A DNA stretch of 64,000 nucleotides from the human T2T-CHM13v2.0 reference genome, Homo sapiens: the NCBI RefSeq assembly GCF_009914755.1, contig NC_060947.1; one strand, written 5' to 3'. Under the pieces are notes generated by a model. That model ran no database searches, was not told the origin of the DNA, and saw nothing but the letters and a program-made list of their open reading frames with translations. The position numbers were made by a program, and so were the translations under genes. Positions 41,296 through 58,031 of the stretch are shown piece by piece; the first letter of the stretch is position 1, and the number at the start of each line of letters is the position of its first letter.

Positions 41296-42541
41296 GATGG
41301 CACTTCTGAGACACCTTCCCTGCTCCTGCCTCCCTCCCTGCTCTATGAGCCAGGGCACCCGAGCCCTCAGTGTACTTAGAACACCCCACTGTGCGTGCCA
41401 ACCCCCATCTCCCCGCTCAATGCATAATGCCAGGCACAGGTGCAACCCTTACTCAACACATGCTGGATGAATAACCACAACACGGACGCAGCGCTCCACG
41501 TGCTTCTTCTGATGGCTGGAGACCTTCGACCGTAAGCTTCTAGCAAGGAGAGGCTAGCTCAGTGCTGAAAAAAAGGTGGGCTCTGAATTGGTGAATAAAC
41601 AAATGATGAGTTTGGGACATATCAGTAGTCCGTTGGACACTGGTGGCTTGGAGATGGCGGAAGATGAGGTGGAGGAAGTCACTGAGGAGGGCCTCAGTGC
41701 CCCAGGGACAGTAGCATGGAGGATGGTTACGCCAGAGGATGGATCGACTTCTAGCCATGTGGTGGTCAGGTATGCAGACACCTCTCCTGCTGAAACAACT
41801 ACAACTGCCAAACTGAGTATCTTACAGAAGCTGCTAGAGAAGCCACCCACAAGCTGGCAAGAAAGGAAGGAATACACAGGCTGAAGAGCAAATAAAAGTA
41901 CGGGGCCCTTTTCTGTGGAGAAATCTGGCAGGCACCACCTTAACACACGACCAAACTGAGCTCAGGCCCCTCAGTGCTGCTGAGATGAACCAGCATCACG
42001 AGTAGGAGACTGAAGCTTACCGTGAGGAGACAGCAGGAAGAGTCCAGAGAGGGCGTGCCATGCAACCACGGTCTGGACTCAAGATGATGAGAGAAAACAA
42101 GGGGGTGGGGGAACATTTCTGATAAAGGAGACTGAAGGGATGACACAATCGAATACAACACACAGTCCTGGACTCTGCATTCCAGGCTCAAAGGCTCTAA
42201 AAAAGGCATTTATGGGGTATGTGGAGAAATGTAAGGTTCTGTGTTAGCTCATTGCTAAACTTCCTGAGTGTCTTAACTGTACTGTCTGCTCTTAGGAAAG
42301 GCATGCTTAAACGTTTAGGAGTGAAACAGCACGAGGACTATGACTAACTCTCAAGTGATCAATGGGCTAGGGGAAATACAGTGCCAATATGGTAACATGT
42401 TTAAAAGAAGGGAGATGACATCAATATAATCAGAAGCTATGCCAACTGACAGTAATATTTTGAAGCAGTGGTAGGCAAGCTTTTTAACAATTAAAGAGAA
42501 TGCCTTCATATTACACAAAGACATTAAGAAAAAAAGCTGAA

Positions 42542-42690
42542 GGCTGGGCACGGAGGCTCACACCTGTAATCCCAGCACTTTGGGAGGCTGAGGTGGGCGG
42601 ATCACGAGGTCAGTTCGAGGCCATCCTGACCAACATGGTGAAACCCCCTCTCTACTAAAAATAAAAAATTAGCCAGGTGTGGTGGCGCGC
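42542..42690 (+). mobile_element. 3'-truncated Alu
   Basis: Left arm plus ~20 nt of right arm, then unrelated sequence. Confidence 0.88.
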
Positions 42691-44087
42691 ACAAAGGGAC
42701 CGGGGCGGTGCTGGCGGCGATGCCAACAGACCTCAGTGTACTGTGGGGTTCTTTCAGCCAGAACTGTTCATGGTTTCATCAGTGAGCTCCAGTTACCACA
42801 CCACACAAGTTTGGAGTGATCCACCCCGCCCCAGTTTTTCCTGCACGAACTCATGTTTTTATTGTGTGATTTACAGAACACAAGATCTTTTTCTAAGAAT
42901 GCACACATCACACGTTGAAGCAGAAAGGCCTTTACAAAATCTTAAAATACCTACAAAATATGAAGTAAGGCTCTTAAGAAATAAAATATTCAATGATTTT
43001 GCTGCTAGAATGCAAACATTAGATCAAATCCTTCATTTGATCTAGCAAAGGAAAATTAGAGTTGCAGGAATCTTGTTTTCAGGCCAAACCATGACATCCT
43101 GAGGGGTCTGATGGCAGGAACTGCCTGCATTTTCCTCATGAATGTGACCTGCAGTGATCTTGTGAGAAAGGCCCGGAAGGCCGTGCAAATTACAGGGGTA
43201 CAAGCAACAGCTGGCAGGTGTGGCCAGACAGGCAACTGCAGTTAAGGAAAGACTACTCAATCCCTGAGGTTTTCAGATTTTACAAAAAGGCAAAAAAGCC
43301 AGGTGAACAAGGCAGATGAAAGGTATTTTTCACTTGAATTGGAATCCAGCCCCCTCCCTGTCCCCTGGAGTGAGCTCCAGAGAAACTTCCAGAGCCCCAG
43401 CAATATCCCAACCTTTCGTAAATTCACTCATGCTCGCCACTTTCAGGAGATGGCATTTCTCAGCACCTTTCACTTCCAGTTATCCCTCGGCACAGCACAA
43501 AGAGCTAAACTACCACTCGAGGCAGTTAACCTAAGGGCAGGGTGGTGGCTACAGCTCCAGGTGAACAGTCTGGGACCAGAGGAAATAATGAGCCCCCCCT
43601 TGTACTGGCTGCTTCCACCCTAAAGTGTCATCCAGATGGTGTTTCCAATTCTTTCTACTTCCAGTATTAGCTGCAGAATTACGGAATCAAGGAGGCTTCT
43701 CTGCATGAATCAATAAAGGCTATAGCACTTTGAGACACAAGCTTTGGCCCTTTAAAAATGTGAGAAATCAAACTGGCACAGGCAGAGTGTCTCAGTGGTC
43801 TCCAGGGAGCAAGAGAGAATGAGGTTCAGCTTGAAGGCTACAAGGGTGGAGCCTGAGGTTCAGCTGCCCTGCTCTGAATTCGCAGTCCATTTCTTAATCC
43901 TCCACTTTTGAGAAGATGCGAGAAACCAGTTATGTTTTGCTAAGCTTAAATAAAATGCAGTTCTTGCCAACCAAAAGCAGAACCCTCCCCAAATACAGGC
44001 AACCAGTGCCATACAGCAAATCTCATCTTTATAGATGTGTAAAATGAAAACCGAAACACAAGCCCACCACATACAGGTTAAAAAATT

Positions 44088-45075
<988 letters not shown>

Positions 45076-45419
45076 AACAACAACATTAAAACAGCAGCTG
45101 ACCACCAATTATTCTAAATCATAAAGATAGGTTTTGTGATGCCTGGCCAGTGCTCAGAGCCCACACAGCTGTCTCAGAGCAAGTCTATCTGGCTGTGGCA
45201 CAGAGCCCCGGCAGATAGATGGGCTGTCCGTCTGAGGAAGAGGCCAATGTGGGGACCTATAGTGATACATGACAGACTGGACCAAGCCAACCTGAATGTG
45301 AAACTCTGAAGCCCAGGACACAATAACCATGACAATCAGAAAGGAATTTAGTTCAAGAAGTTTAATGAGTAGGCATTTAGCCAAGTGGAAGGTTGTTGGC
45401 TATTCTGAGGACATTTGAT

Positions 45420-45650
45420 CTTTTTTTTTTAATTGTGGTAAAATACACATAACATAAAATTTATCATTAATAGCATTTAGTACATTCACAATGTCATGCG
45501 ACCATCACTACTCTCTAGTTCCAAAGACAACCCTTTACCCATTAAGCAGTTGCTCCCCACTCCCACTCCTCTCAGCCCCTGGTAACCACTAATCTATTTG
45601 TCTCCACAAATCTGCCTACTGTTGACACTTCATATAAGTGGAATAATACC
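45420..45650 (-). mobile_element. L1M 3' fragment
   Basis: aattgtggtaaaatacacataacataaaattt...ccctggtaaccactaatcta. Confidence 0.75.
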
Positions 45651-47192
45651 CTCCCCTGGAAAGCCTGTCTTTTAAAAAATGATTTTCATTTAAAAAAGTT
45701 TTTTTGCTTAACACAGTGGCTCATACCTGTAATCTTAGGAAGGCAGAGGCAGGAGGATTGCTTGGGCCCAGGAGTTCGAGATCTGCCTGGGCAACATAGT
45801 GAGATCCCGTTATTCACAAAAAGGGGGAAAAAAGACCAGGAAAAAAAAAAATCCCAAAACTAAACAACGAAAAAGTTTTTTTTAGGGAGATAGGGTCTCG
45901 CTGTGCTGCCCAGGCTGGGCTCAAGCGATCCTCCTGCCTCAGGCTCTCAAGTAGCTGGGACTACAGATGAGCTACCACGCCCAACTTAGAAACATGTATT
46001 TTTTTCAGATTAGCTCATCATTCCCTGGTAACTTCTCCAATGATTTCCCCTTGCATCTCTGCCACTATATTCTAGCAGGGTTCTCACACTGATCCTACAC
46101 ACAAGTGGTTAGAGACTCACCAGGCCAAGCTCACCTCCAATTCCAAATACCTAGTCCTCAAGGTCCAAGTGGCCTGTTTCCATAGACACTGACACTGTGC
46201 ATGACTTTTCTGTCCTCAGCTGCTGGCTTTCTCCATTTCTTGTTGATAATGTTTTTTTCTTACCTTTACATACTTCATGTAAATAAGTTTCACAGACTTT
46301 TAACAAAGTGTTGGCTGCTTTTATCAAAGAAGAGAAAATCTGCCAAAATAAATTTTCACCATGAAGGCAACACATTTTGGGGAACAAGAAAGGGCAGAAA
46401 GGAGATCTCTTTTACTAGAGAACTCTGCTTAAGGACTGGCTCATTTGATCCAAACATCTCATCAGTAACTTGGAGTGAGTGCCCTTGTTTTCGTCATCTT
46501 GCGTCTCACTAGTGTAGGTCAGTCCACATCAGCCTGCCTGACGTACTTGGTTCGTAATGCTGACATCTGAGCCCCCATGTTTATTTCACCCTGATTCTAC
46601 TGAAATGACCAACGAAATGCAAAACAGGAGGAAATATCTCTATCAATGCCTTCAGAGGAACCGCTGTAGAATGTGGTGTGGCTGGGATCCATGCGAGAGA
46701 AGCAGCTCTCACACGATTCCACCACAGTTAAACACATGGGCAAAGGAGGGACCTGCCGGAGGTATGAGGATTCCGTAGCAGAGCCCAAGAAAATCTGCAA
46801 GATCAGAGAAACTGGGCCTAAGAGCCAGACTGGCAGAAGTACGGTTTGCCGGTGGCAAATAGAAGGACCTGAACCACCAGTGCCCTAGGTGGAGAGGTCA
46901 GTGACAGGCTGGCCAGGTTTTCCTGGGCACTGCTGGGACAGAGAGAGACACCAATATAGAGGAGATTCTACCTGTCTCAAGAATCTGCCAGCAGCACCCT
47001 GGGTCCCCACCCTGACTCCAGCTGCTGCCACAGGGGAAGCAGCAGGGACTGAAGCTCCACCCCATAAACAACTCTAGGGACTGGGGATCAAACAAGTACC
47101 AACAAATTAGTAACTGTCCTGTGTACAAATACAAATTAGGTGGAAACTATAATGATTGAACACCAGTCATTCCAGTCAAGATCCCAACTGGA

Positions 47193-47491
<299 letters not shown>

Positions 47492-47558
47492 GATCTCAAC
47501 TGGATTTTCTTTGGAATCTGACATTTACCTAGAATAGGCATCTGAGGACAGCCAGAAG

Positions 47559-47560
<2 letters not shown>

Positions 47561-47603
<43 letters not shown>
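47561..47603. repeat. (GT)21 microsatellite
   Basis: Perfect dinucleotide run. Confidence 0.97.
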
Positions 47604-47606
<3 letters not shown>

Positions 47607-49426
47607 GGGGGGGATGGCTTCCTTCTGGTAGCCACTGCTCTAGGGAGTATTTCTCACCATCATGTCACAAAGCACACAACAGGAGCACTCTCACATGGAT
47701 TAGGGAATTAGATGCAGACCTCCTGCACAACTGCCCTCTTCCAGTCCTAGTAAGATAAGACACAAAAGAAAGGCAGGGAAGGAGAGTGTGAAGGGAAGAT
47801 TTCAGCACACAAAGGAAAGGGGTGTAATTCAAAGCAGTCTGAGAAAAGACTCCAGAGGACAAAGCAGCAGCAAAGCCAGGCTCCTGCCCCGTCCCCCAGA
47901 AACCACCCTAGGGAGCGGGCAACGCCCTGGGAATTTGCAGTCAGTAAGCTGGAGAGAAGCAACCAAGTGGGAGTCCTTCACTTTTTCCTTTTAGACCCAG
48001 AAACTCCAGCTGGGAGGTGCAGGAGAAATGGCAAAGTGCCCAGTGAGCCAGCCCAGCTCTGTGGGAAGCAACTGCTCTTAGGTATACACAGATTATGGAA
48101 CCACCCAGAGACTGAGGTGCCCCCTATCCCCATGGAAATGGCACACACATCCCTCGTGCAGCTAGAGTGAGCCTTAGTAAGACAACCAACACAGTTCTTA
48201 GAACAAAGAGAAGAATCCAGATAGGGCTGAAGACTACATGGCTGCAGCTCCCTCCAGCGTGCAAATTCTCTCCGGATACAAGATAACAAGCCTGCACGCG
48301 ATAGCTCAGAGGGGAAAACAGCAAGAGAAGATGCCAAGAAACTGGGAAGAGAGAGCCAAGAATTCCTCCACTGTCTCAAAGCAAACAGAACGACTATGCA
48401 GAGCCATCCAAGCCTGAGCCAAGACGAAAAGAAGTGACATGGTAACTAGGCAAACATATTATGGCCAGAAGAAAAAAAAGAGGCCCAGGGAGGGAGATGG
48501 CACGAGAAAGGCAAAGTCTCCCACCAAGAAGAGAATACACAAGGAAGGGAAAAAAATTCCCCACAACTTCATAAGAACATGTTCCCAATAAAAGAGTTCA
48601 AAGATGGGATGATAAAACAGAATAAGATGAAAAGACAAATTTCCAACCTAGAGAAACAAACTGCAGACCAAAACACATCATTATGAAACTAATAAATACA
48701 TTGAAAAACAGCCAGAAACAGAATATACATAGCTGAAAATCAAATTAGACAAAGTGAATGCAGATGAAAAAGACAAAAGCTAAACCAATTACGGCAAAGC
48801 TAATAGCATTGGAAGAGAGACAAAGACAATCCAACATGAGGAATTTGTGTCCCTGAAGTACAGAACTCAACAAATGGAACAGAAGATGCTGTCAAAGATC
48901 CATAAGAGAGCTGACCTGAAACAGCAACGACTACATCTGCAGACTGAAAGAATACACCATGTTCCCAGGACAATTTGATAAAGAATGCTCAATAGCAAGC
49001 CAGACTCTAGTCAACCTACTCAACTTCAAGGATAAAGAAAGCATTCTTCAGGCACCTTGGGATTCTTCCAAGGGGGAAACATCAGAAGACCAGACAGAAT
49101 GTCTACAAAGTTCTGAGGCAGCTTAGCGCAGTGGTGGTGGGGGAGAGGTCAGAGGTAAATTCAGAGAGATGGACAGGGGCCAAAAGCCTCTCTGAGAAGA
49201 CGAAATCTGAACACAGATCTGAAGGAAGTGAGTGGTGAGGGAGCAGGTCAAGTAAAGAGGGGTCCAGCCAATGAGGAGCAGCAAGAGCCAAGGCTCTGAC
49301 TCTAGCAACATTATGGCAAGTTCCAGGAAGAGCAAGAGCAGTGGGAGCCAGGTGAGCAAGGGAGAGAATGGTAGAGAATGAGCTCAAATAGGCAAGGAGG
49401 GATCATGTTCCATGTGGCTGCTGAGG

Positions 49427-49590
49427 CAGGCCCAGTTACACAATTTGTGGAGCCTGGTGCAAAATGAAAATGCAGGGCCTCTTGTTCAAAAATTAAGAAT
49501 TTTGAGATGGTGAGAGTAGAGTATTAAACCAAGCCTGGGTTCCAGCAAGCCCATGGGCAGTTACAAAGGCCCATGAAGCTGGCTCTGCTT
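49427..49590. mobile_element. MER45-like hAT DNA transposon
   Basis: acaatttgtggagcctggtgcaaaatgaaaatgcagggcctcttgttcaaaa. Confidence 0.65.
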
Positions 49591-49680
49591 TCAAGTAATG
49601 GACTTCGGGTTTTATTCTGAGAGGGTTTTTCTCAAGGGAGTAACCTGATCTAATAAACATTTTTCAAAGAGCCCATCTGA

Positions 49681-49986
<306 letters not shown>

Positions 49987-51147
49987 CTAACTATGGGAAG
50001 ATATAGAGTAGAGGGAGTGGGGCAGGAGGGCACAAGATGCCACAGGGGGGCTCTGCAGAAGCAGATGTTGGGTCACGGTTTGAGGTGTAAGATGTTCATC
50101 AGGAACTGACATCCATAAAGGGAGGTGGGAAGAAGTCAAAGAGAAGGCCCTATAAGGGCCTTGTACCCTTACCTCGCTCAGTCACCAGGGTGCTGTCCTG
50201 GAAATGGCGTGACCTTGGGTGAGGAGGCTCTTGCAGCTGAGGCTAACCGGAGTGTCCGCAGGGCATCCAGAGAGGAGAGTGACCTCCGGGTCTGCCACGT
50301 GAGACTACTGCAGAGTCTAGGCAGGGATGCAGGGAGCTGGTCTAGGTGCCATCCCTGAAGGGCATGGGCACCGGGACAGCGAAAGGGCGAGAGATCCAGG
50401 ACTCTGGCTTCCGTTTCTCATGTTTTTGATACTGAGGTATTTAGCTTTCTAGAGGCCTAAAGGGCAGCTGGATGTATGAATCTGGAGTTCAGGGGAGAGG
50501 TCTGAAGAGCCAGGCGAGTGCGTGAGGGCGTGCTGAATATAAGTGTAAACAACCCTCCCCCTGCTATTTGGAGTTGTGATGAGGAGAAAGAATCAGCAGA
50601 GGAGACAGAGAAAGAGGAGTCAGTGCAGAGAAGGAAGATCAGACATATCTGTCAAGATTATTGGTGGCAATCAATAGAAACCAACTCTAGCTGATTTATG
50701 CAGACAAGGACTGATGAAAAGCTATTGAAGATGCATGTGGTGATGGTTGCACAATATAAATGTGCTCAATACCACAGAATTGTACACTTAAAAATGGTTA
50801 AGGCAGTACATTTTATCTTTTGTGTATTTTACTGCAATTTTTAAAACTAGGGGGAAAAGGCTACTGGGTGATAAGAGAATCCCTAGAGGGTTGGAGGAAC
50901 AGGTTTGAGTCCAGTTGGCTAGGAACAATACTTCAAATCCTTCTGCCAAGCCAGTCCAAACAGCCAGCACTGCCTGTGCGACCCTGCAAGGCAGCAGCAC
51001 TGGCCACTGGCACTGTGGCCTAGGAGCTCGTCTTTCCTGCAGCCCCAATGCCAGGAGACACGGCTCTCCTGCCTGGCCCTGCTCCTCCTAGCATGTGAGT
51101 CTGACTGGCAGAGGCCAGGGTACATACCTACACCCTCGTGTAGAACT

Positions 51148-51359
51148 CAGGTAATTTCTTTCTGTAAGGGGCCAGATAGTATTTTCCACCTTGTGGGCCA
51201 GACAGTATCTGTCACAACCAGCCCACCTGCTGTTGTACAGGAGAGCAGTCTTGGACAATGCACAAAGGACGGGGTGGAACTGGGTCCTGGTAAAGCTTCA
51301 TTTACGAAAACAGGCAGTGGGCCGGACTTGGCCCTTGAGATACCGTTTGCCAACTGCTG
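51148..51359. mobile_element. MER58A-like hAT-Charlie MITE
   Basis: ttctgtaaggggccagatagt...aaaacaggcagtgggccggacttggccc...gtttgccaac. Confidence 0.8.
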
Positions 51360-54024
51360 CCCTGACCGAAAGGGAAGCTAGGCAAATAAGCATCTGGCAT
51401 TTGCAGTGACTACAATCAGAGGTCGCCAGGCCTCCCATCAACTCGTGAGGTGAGAATTCTCCCAAACCCAGAGGGTTCAAGATGTGAGGTGAGATGGCCA
51501 CCTGGAGAGTATGAGGTACCAGAAGAGACACAAGGAAAGGGCTGAGAAGGAGTGACAGCCACTGATGACTGTTAAGATTATTTCATGGAATGTGGAAAAG
51601 CAAGTGTTCATGGAGCAAGCTGAGCAAGGAGCAGCAGGCAAGGAAGAGGGCCCATGAGTGGAGAGAACTCTTAGAGAGTTTGGCTAAAAGGAGAAACAGA
51701 GACTGAGCAGGAGCCAAGGAGGTATGCGCTGAAGGGAGCTCAGTTACGATGGTAAATTCTAAAACAAGTTCGTCTGGTGATGGGCACAGTTCACAAGAGG
51801 AGGGAAGACCAATGGAGTCCCAGGGGCATCAAACAGTGGTTGACACTGCAAGCTGGGAAGACAGTAAGTCCTCATCATAGGCAGAGCTAAGTTAGAACTC
51901 CGTGGGTGGAGTTCCAGAGATGACCAACTCCAGGATACGACCATGGGAATGAGTGGCAGAAGAGACAGGGAAGGAGCCAGGCACTAGGAGGGCGGCCTAC
52001 ATGCGTGTGTGTGCTGGAGTCAGGAACTGGCACGGAATCCTCAATAAGAGGACTGACTGGGGCAGTGAGCAAGCCCACAATCAGGGGTCTGTGGGCCGAG
52101 AGGCTGTGTCACAGTCCCCCTATGCCATGCCTGGAGGCACATGGGATCAGAGACCTCTGAGGACTTGGCAGGAGGCACAGGCGTGGAGAGGCAGGGCCTA
52201 ACCCAGGTGTGTGTGTCGCGGGGGGGAGGGGGGCGGTGGTTAGGCAGGGCTCTTTGGGGAAGAGATACCTGACAGGGTCTTCAAGGATAAGCACGACAAG
52301 GCAAGGCCACAGGGGAAGGAAAGGAGAAGAGAAGGGGACTTGGGCAGGGGAGCCAATGACAAAGGCCAGGAGTGCAAGAAACATGGTACCTGGGAGGAAC
52401 TACAAGCAGTCCTGGACTGCTGAGGGCTATGTCCATAAGAAAAGCAGCAGCAACAGAAGGGGCCACAAAGAGAAGCAGGAGCCACATGAGGGGCCCTGAT
52501 GTCACTCAAACACAGGGTGCCACTCTTGGGTTTAAAGCAGGGGAATGAGATTGATGATAGGGATTGTGTGGAAGATAGAGAGGTGGAGGAAAGATCATAA
52601 GTTATCATGGGAGTCCCAGAGCAAGATGAGGGATTGAACCAGGACAGCGGTAGAAGGGATGACAGAAGACAAAAGAGGGACAAACAGTTAAAGGAACAAT
52701 TTGTGGGACTTGGTGGCTCCCTTGGATGTGGGCAGTGAAGGGCAGGGGCCTGTTGGGTTTCCAGCTTGGGTGACTGGTATGGCTATCAACTGTGACAGAA
52801 AACAGTGGACATGGCATTTGTCTATTTGGTCTTCTGATCTACCTTATCTTGAAGGAGACAGGGGTGGTAGGGCGCCCAGTGGGTTGAGAAGAATGGAAGG
52901 GAGAAAGAGGGCAGAAATCTCTCAAATGTTTTGCACAGTAAAATCTGACTAAAATGCACACACGCCCCACAAGCCTTTTTCTTTTTTTTTCCCCCCAAGA
53001 AGCAAAACAAGTTTTATTTCCATAGTAGTTCCTTTTAGTGCTCTCTGTCGCCACCTAATGGATGGCCTGGTGGAAGAGGCTCAAGAGGTAGCAGCCTAGC
53101 CTATTCCACGGCAGAGGAATCAAACTCACCCAGGCAGGGAGAACGGGACTGCACCTGGGTGGGGGAGGACCAAAAGAAGCCCAGCTGCTTCTGGAAGATC
53201 ATTGGGAGTCTCTTCTGGAAGACCAGGGGCTCTTGGAGCTAAAATAGACGTTCGTTCATTAATAATACCTACTTCAACAACTTAAGATCATGTTCAGCGG
53301 ATGCACATCAACCTTGACTTGTCTGTGCTCCCCAAATCAATATGCCTCAATATTGAGGTATATTGAGGGAACAATCTGTAGATATTCATGAAATTGTCTG
53401 GTGGGACAAAAATTGTGGGGCACTTGAGCCTAGCTGAACTCAGTTTTAAGTTCTAGCATTTAACACACCACCTCTAAGTTTACGTGTACTTTATGAGTGC
53501 AGGAATGCAACAAAAAAATCTAGTGTAAAGTCCTGGCCCTCAGGGCAAAGCAAGGGAACTACAACTCTTGCTGCGAACTGCCTTCCTCCCACAGATGTGG
53601 CACATTCACAAATCACATTCATTGAACAAGAAATGGAACAAGTGCCACACCAGAGGTGACAAGAAGAGGGGACCATACAATAATAGGTAACTTCCCTGTC
53701 ACACGAGACTGCTTGGAGACAAGGATACAGAGCCCAGCATAGGAGATGGGACAAAATGATGAGGGTCAAGGACCACACCTGGTTTAACTCCCAGTGAAGA
53801 GTTTTAGCCAGTAAAGAGCTGCAAGAAGGAAATCACACACCACGAAGAGGCCACTAAGATAAACGCTTGAATCTGATTAAGTTTTCACCTGAAAAGTGTG
53901 GGTAAGGACAAGCCTGCCTTGTTGGGTAGTACAGATTCAGTGAATGAGCCCTCAGATCCTGCTGGATCCCGTGATCAGATAAACAGCAGCTTCTCAGGAA
54001 CCACTGCATGTGAGGTTAGGGTGA

Positions 54025-54757
<733 letters not shown>

Positions 54758-54814
54758 TAATACGACGCGTTAGGTGGCCTTTAAAGGGATGTTTATAGCT
54801 TTTCATAACATGGG

Positions 54815-55181
54815 TGTATTAGTCTGCTCAAGCTATAACAAAATAGTACAGACTGGGGGGCCTATTCAACTGAAATTTCTCACAGTTCTGGAGGCTAGAA
54901 GTCCAAGATCAAGGTGTCAGCACATTCAGCCCCTGGTGAGGGCTCTCTTTCTGACTTGGAGATGGCTGCCTTCTCATTGCATACTCACATGGTGGAGAAA
55001 GCAAGCTCTCTGCTGTCTCTTGTTATAAGGACACTAATCTCATCATGCGAAACCCACCCTCCCTCCTGATTTCATCTAAACCTAACCACCTCTCAAATAC
55101 CCCATCTCCAAATAACATCACATTGGAGGTTTGAGCTTCAACACTGGAATTTTGGGGGACACAAACATTCAGTCCATAACA
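54815..55181 (-). mobile_element. MLT1A-like MaLR LTR
   Basis: tgtattagtctgct...tctcacagttctggaggctagaagtccaagatcaaggtgtcagca...acattcagtccataaca. Confidence 0.85.
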
Positions 55182-55670
55182 GTGCTGATGTTTATGTTTT
55201 AATGTTAAATGATAACAGCACAGCACAGCAGCACACACACTGTGTGATGCCAATCTGTTTGTTTGTTTGTTTGTTTGTTTTTTTAGATAGGTTCTCACTC
55301 TGTTGCCTGGGCTATAGCAGTAGTGTGATCACACCTCACTGCAACCTCGACCTCCAGGTTCAAGCAATCCTCCCACCTCAGCCTCTCAAAGTGCTGGGAT
55401 TCCAGGCATGAGCCACCATGCCTGGCCTCCAATTTGTATTTAATGCCACTGAACTGTACATTTAAAAATGGTAAATTTTAGGTGATGTGTATTTTACTAC
55501 AATTTTTTTAAAAGTCTAAGAGAAGGCAAGAAAGGAGAAGGAAAATTTAAAAGAACAGAAAATATGGAAAAATAGAATGCACAAATATGCTATAAATGAA
55601 TCTAAATACATCAGAAATCAAATAGATGTTAAAGGACGAAACAGACAATGGATTTTTTAAAAAATCTCGA

Positions 55671-56749
<1,079 letters not shown>

Positions 56750-57117
56750 TCAATACACCAGGAATGTGAAACTGTATCTAAAACTGAAAATGTGGCCTCA
56801 AAATAAATAATAAAATGAAAATGACCAAACTCTGTGGAGAAACTGATGTGTCCATCACCACAGTAGGTTTTAACACGTATTCCATCAGTTGATAAATCAA
56901 GTAAACAAAATGACAGTAAGAAGAGAAAATACTTTCACAACAAACGGATAAGACAGAGGTAATGAATATATGTAGAATCCTGCACCCATGCTTGGTGGTG
57001 ACATATTCTGTCCACTGGTTGTGGATAATGTGTCATGGAGCACTTCTCAACCAACTGCAAGAACTGGTGTCACACAGACCAAGTTCTTTGATCACAGTGC
57101 CATTTAGTTAGAAGTTG

Positions 57118-57420
57118 ATTTTTTCTTTTTTTCTTTTTTTTTTTTGAGACGGAGTATTGCTCTTGTTGCCCAGGCTGGAGTACACTGGCACAATCTTGGC
57201 TCACTGTGACCACTGCCTCCCGGTTCAAGTGATTCTCCTGCCTCAGCCTCCCGAGTAGCTGGAACTACAGGTGTGTGCCACCATGCCCGGCTAATTTTGT
57301 ATTTTTAGTAGAGACGAGGTTTTGGCATGTTGGCCAGGCTGGTCTCGAACTCCTGACCTCAGGTGATCTGCCCGCCTCGGCCTCCCAAAGTGCTGGGATT
57401 ACAGGCATGAGCCACCTCAT
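57118..57420 (-). mobile_element. AluS
   Basis: Alu consensus reverse complement. Confidence 0.92.
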
Positions 57421-57692
57421 GCAGTCAATTTTTTTTTCTAGAGCAACTAGGAAAAAAAAAAAACAAACCCAAAGCCATGTGCTTGGAAATTGAAAAACAC
57501 ATTTTAAAATAATATGTGAGTCAAAGGAAGAAACAAAGAAAATTTAAAATATCTTTGGGCTAACTTAAAGTGACAATACTATCAGAACTTGCTAGATACA
57601 GTTGAAGTAGTTCCAGAGGGTTAGCCTTAAATGTTTACATTTGAAAAAAGGGTAGAAAAATCAATGAACCAAATTTATAACTTAAGAAGTTA

Positions 57693-58031
<339 letters not shown>

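Noticed and set aside
53188-53358. Repeated cttctggaaga (HSE-like) and palindrome cctcaatattgagg
   Set aside because: Only two-unit HSEs and a short palindrome; plausible by chance in 64 kb.
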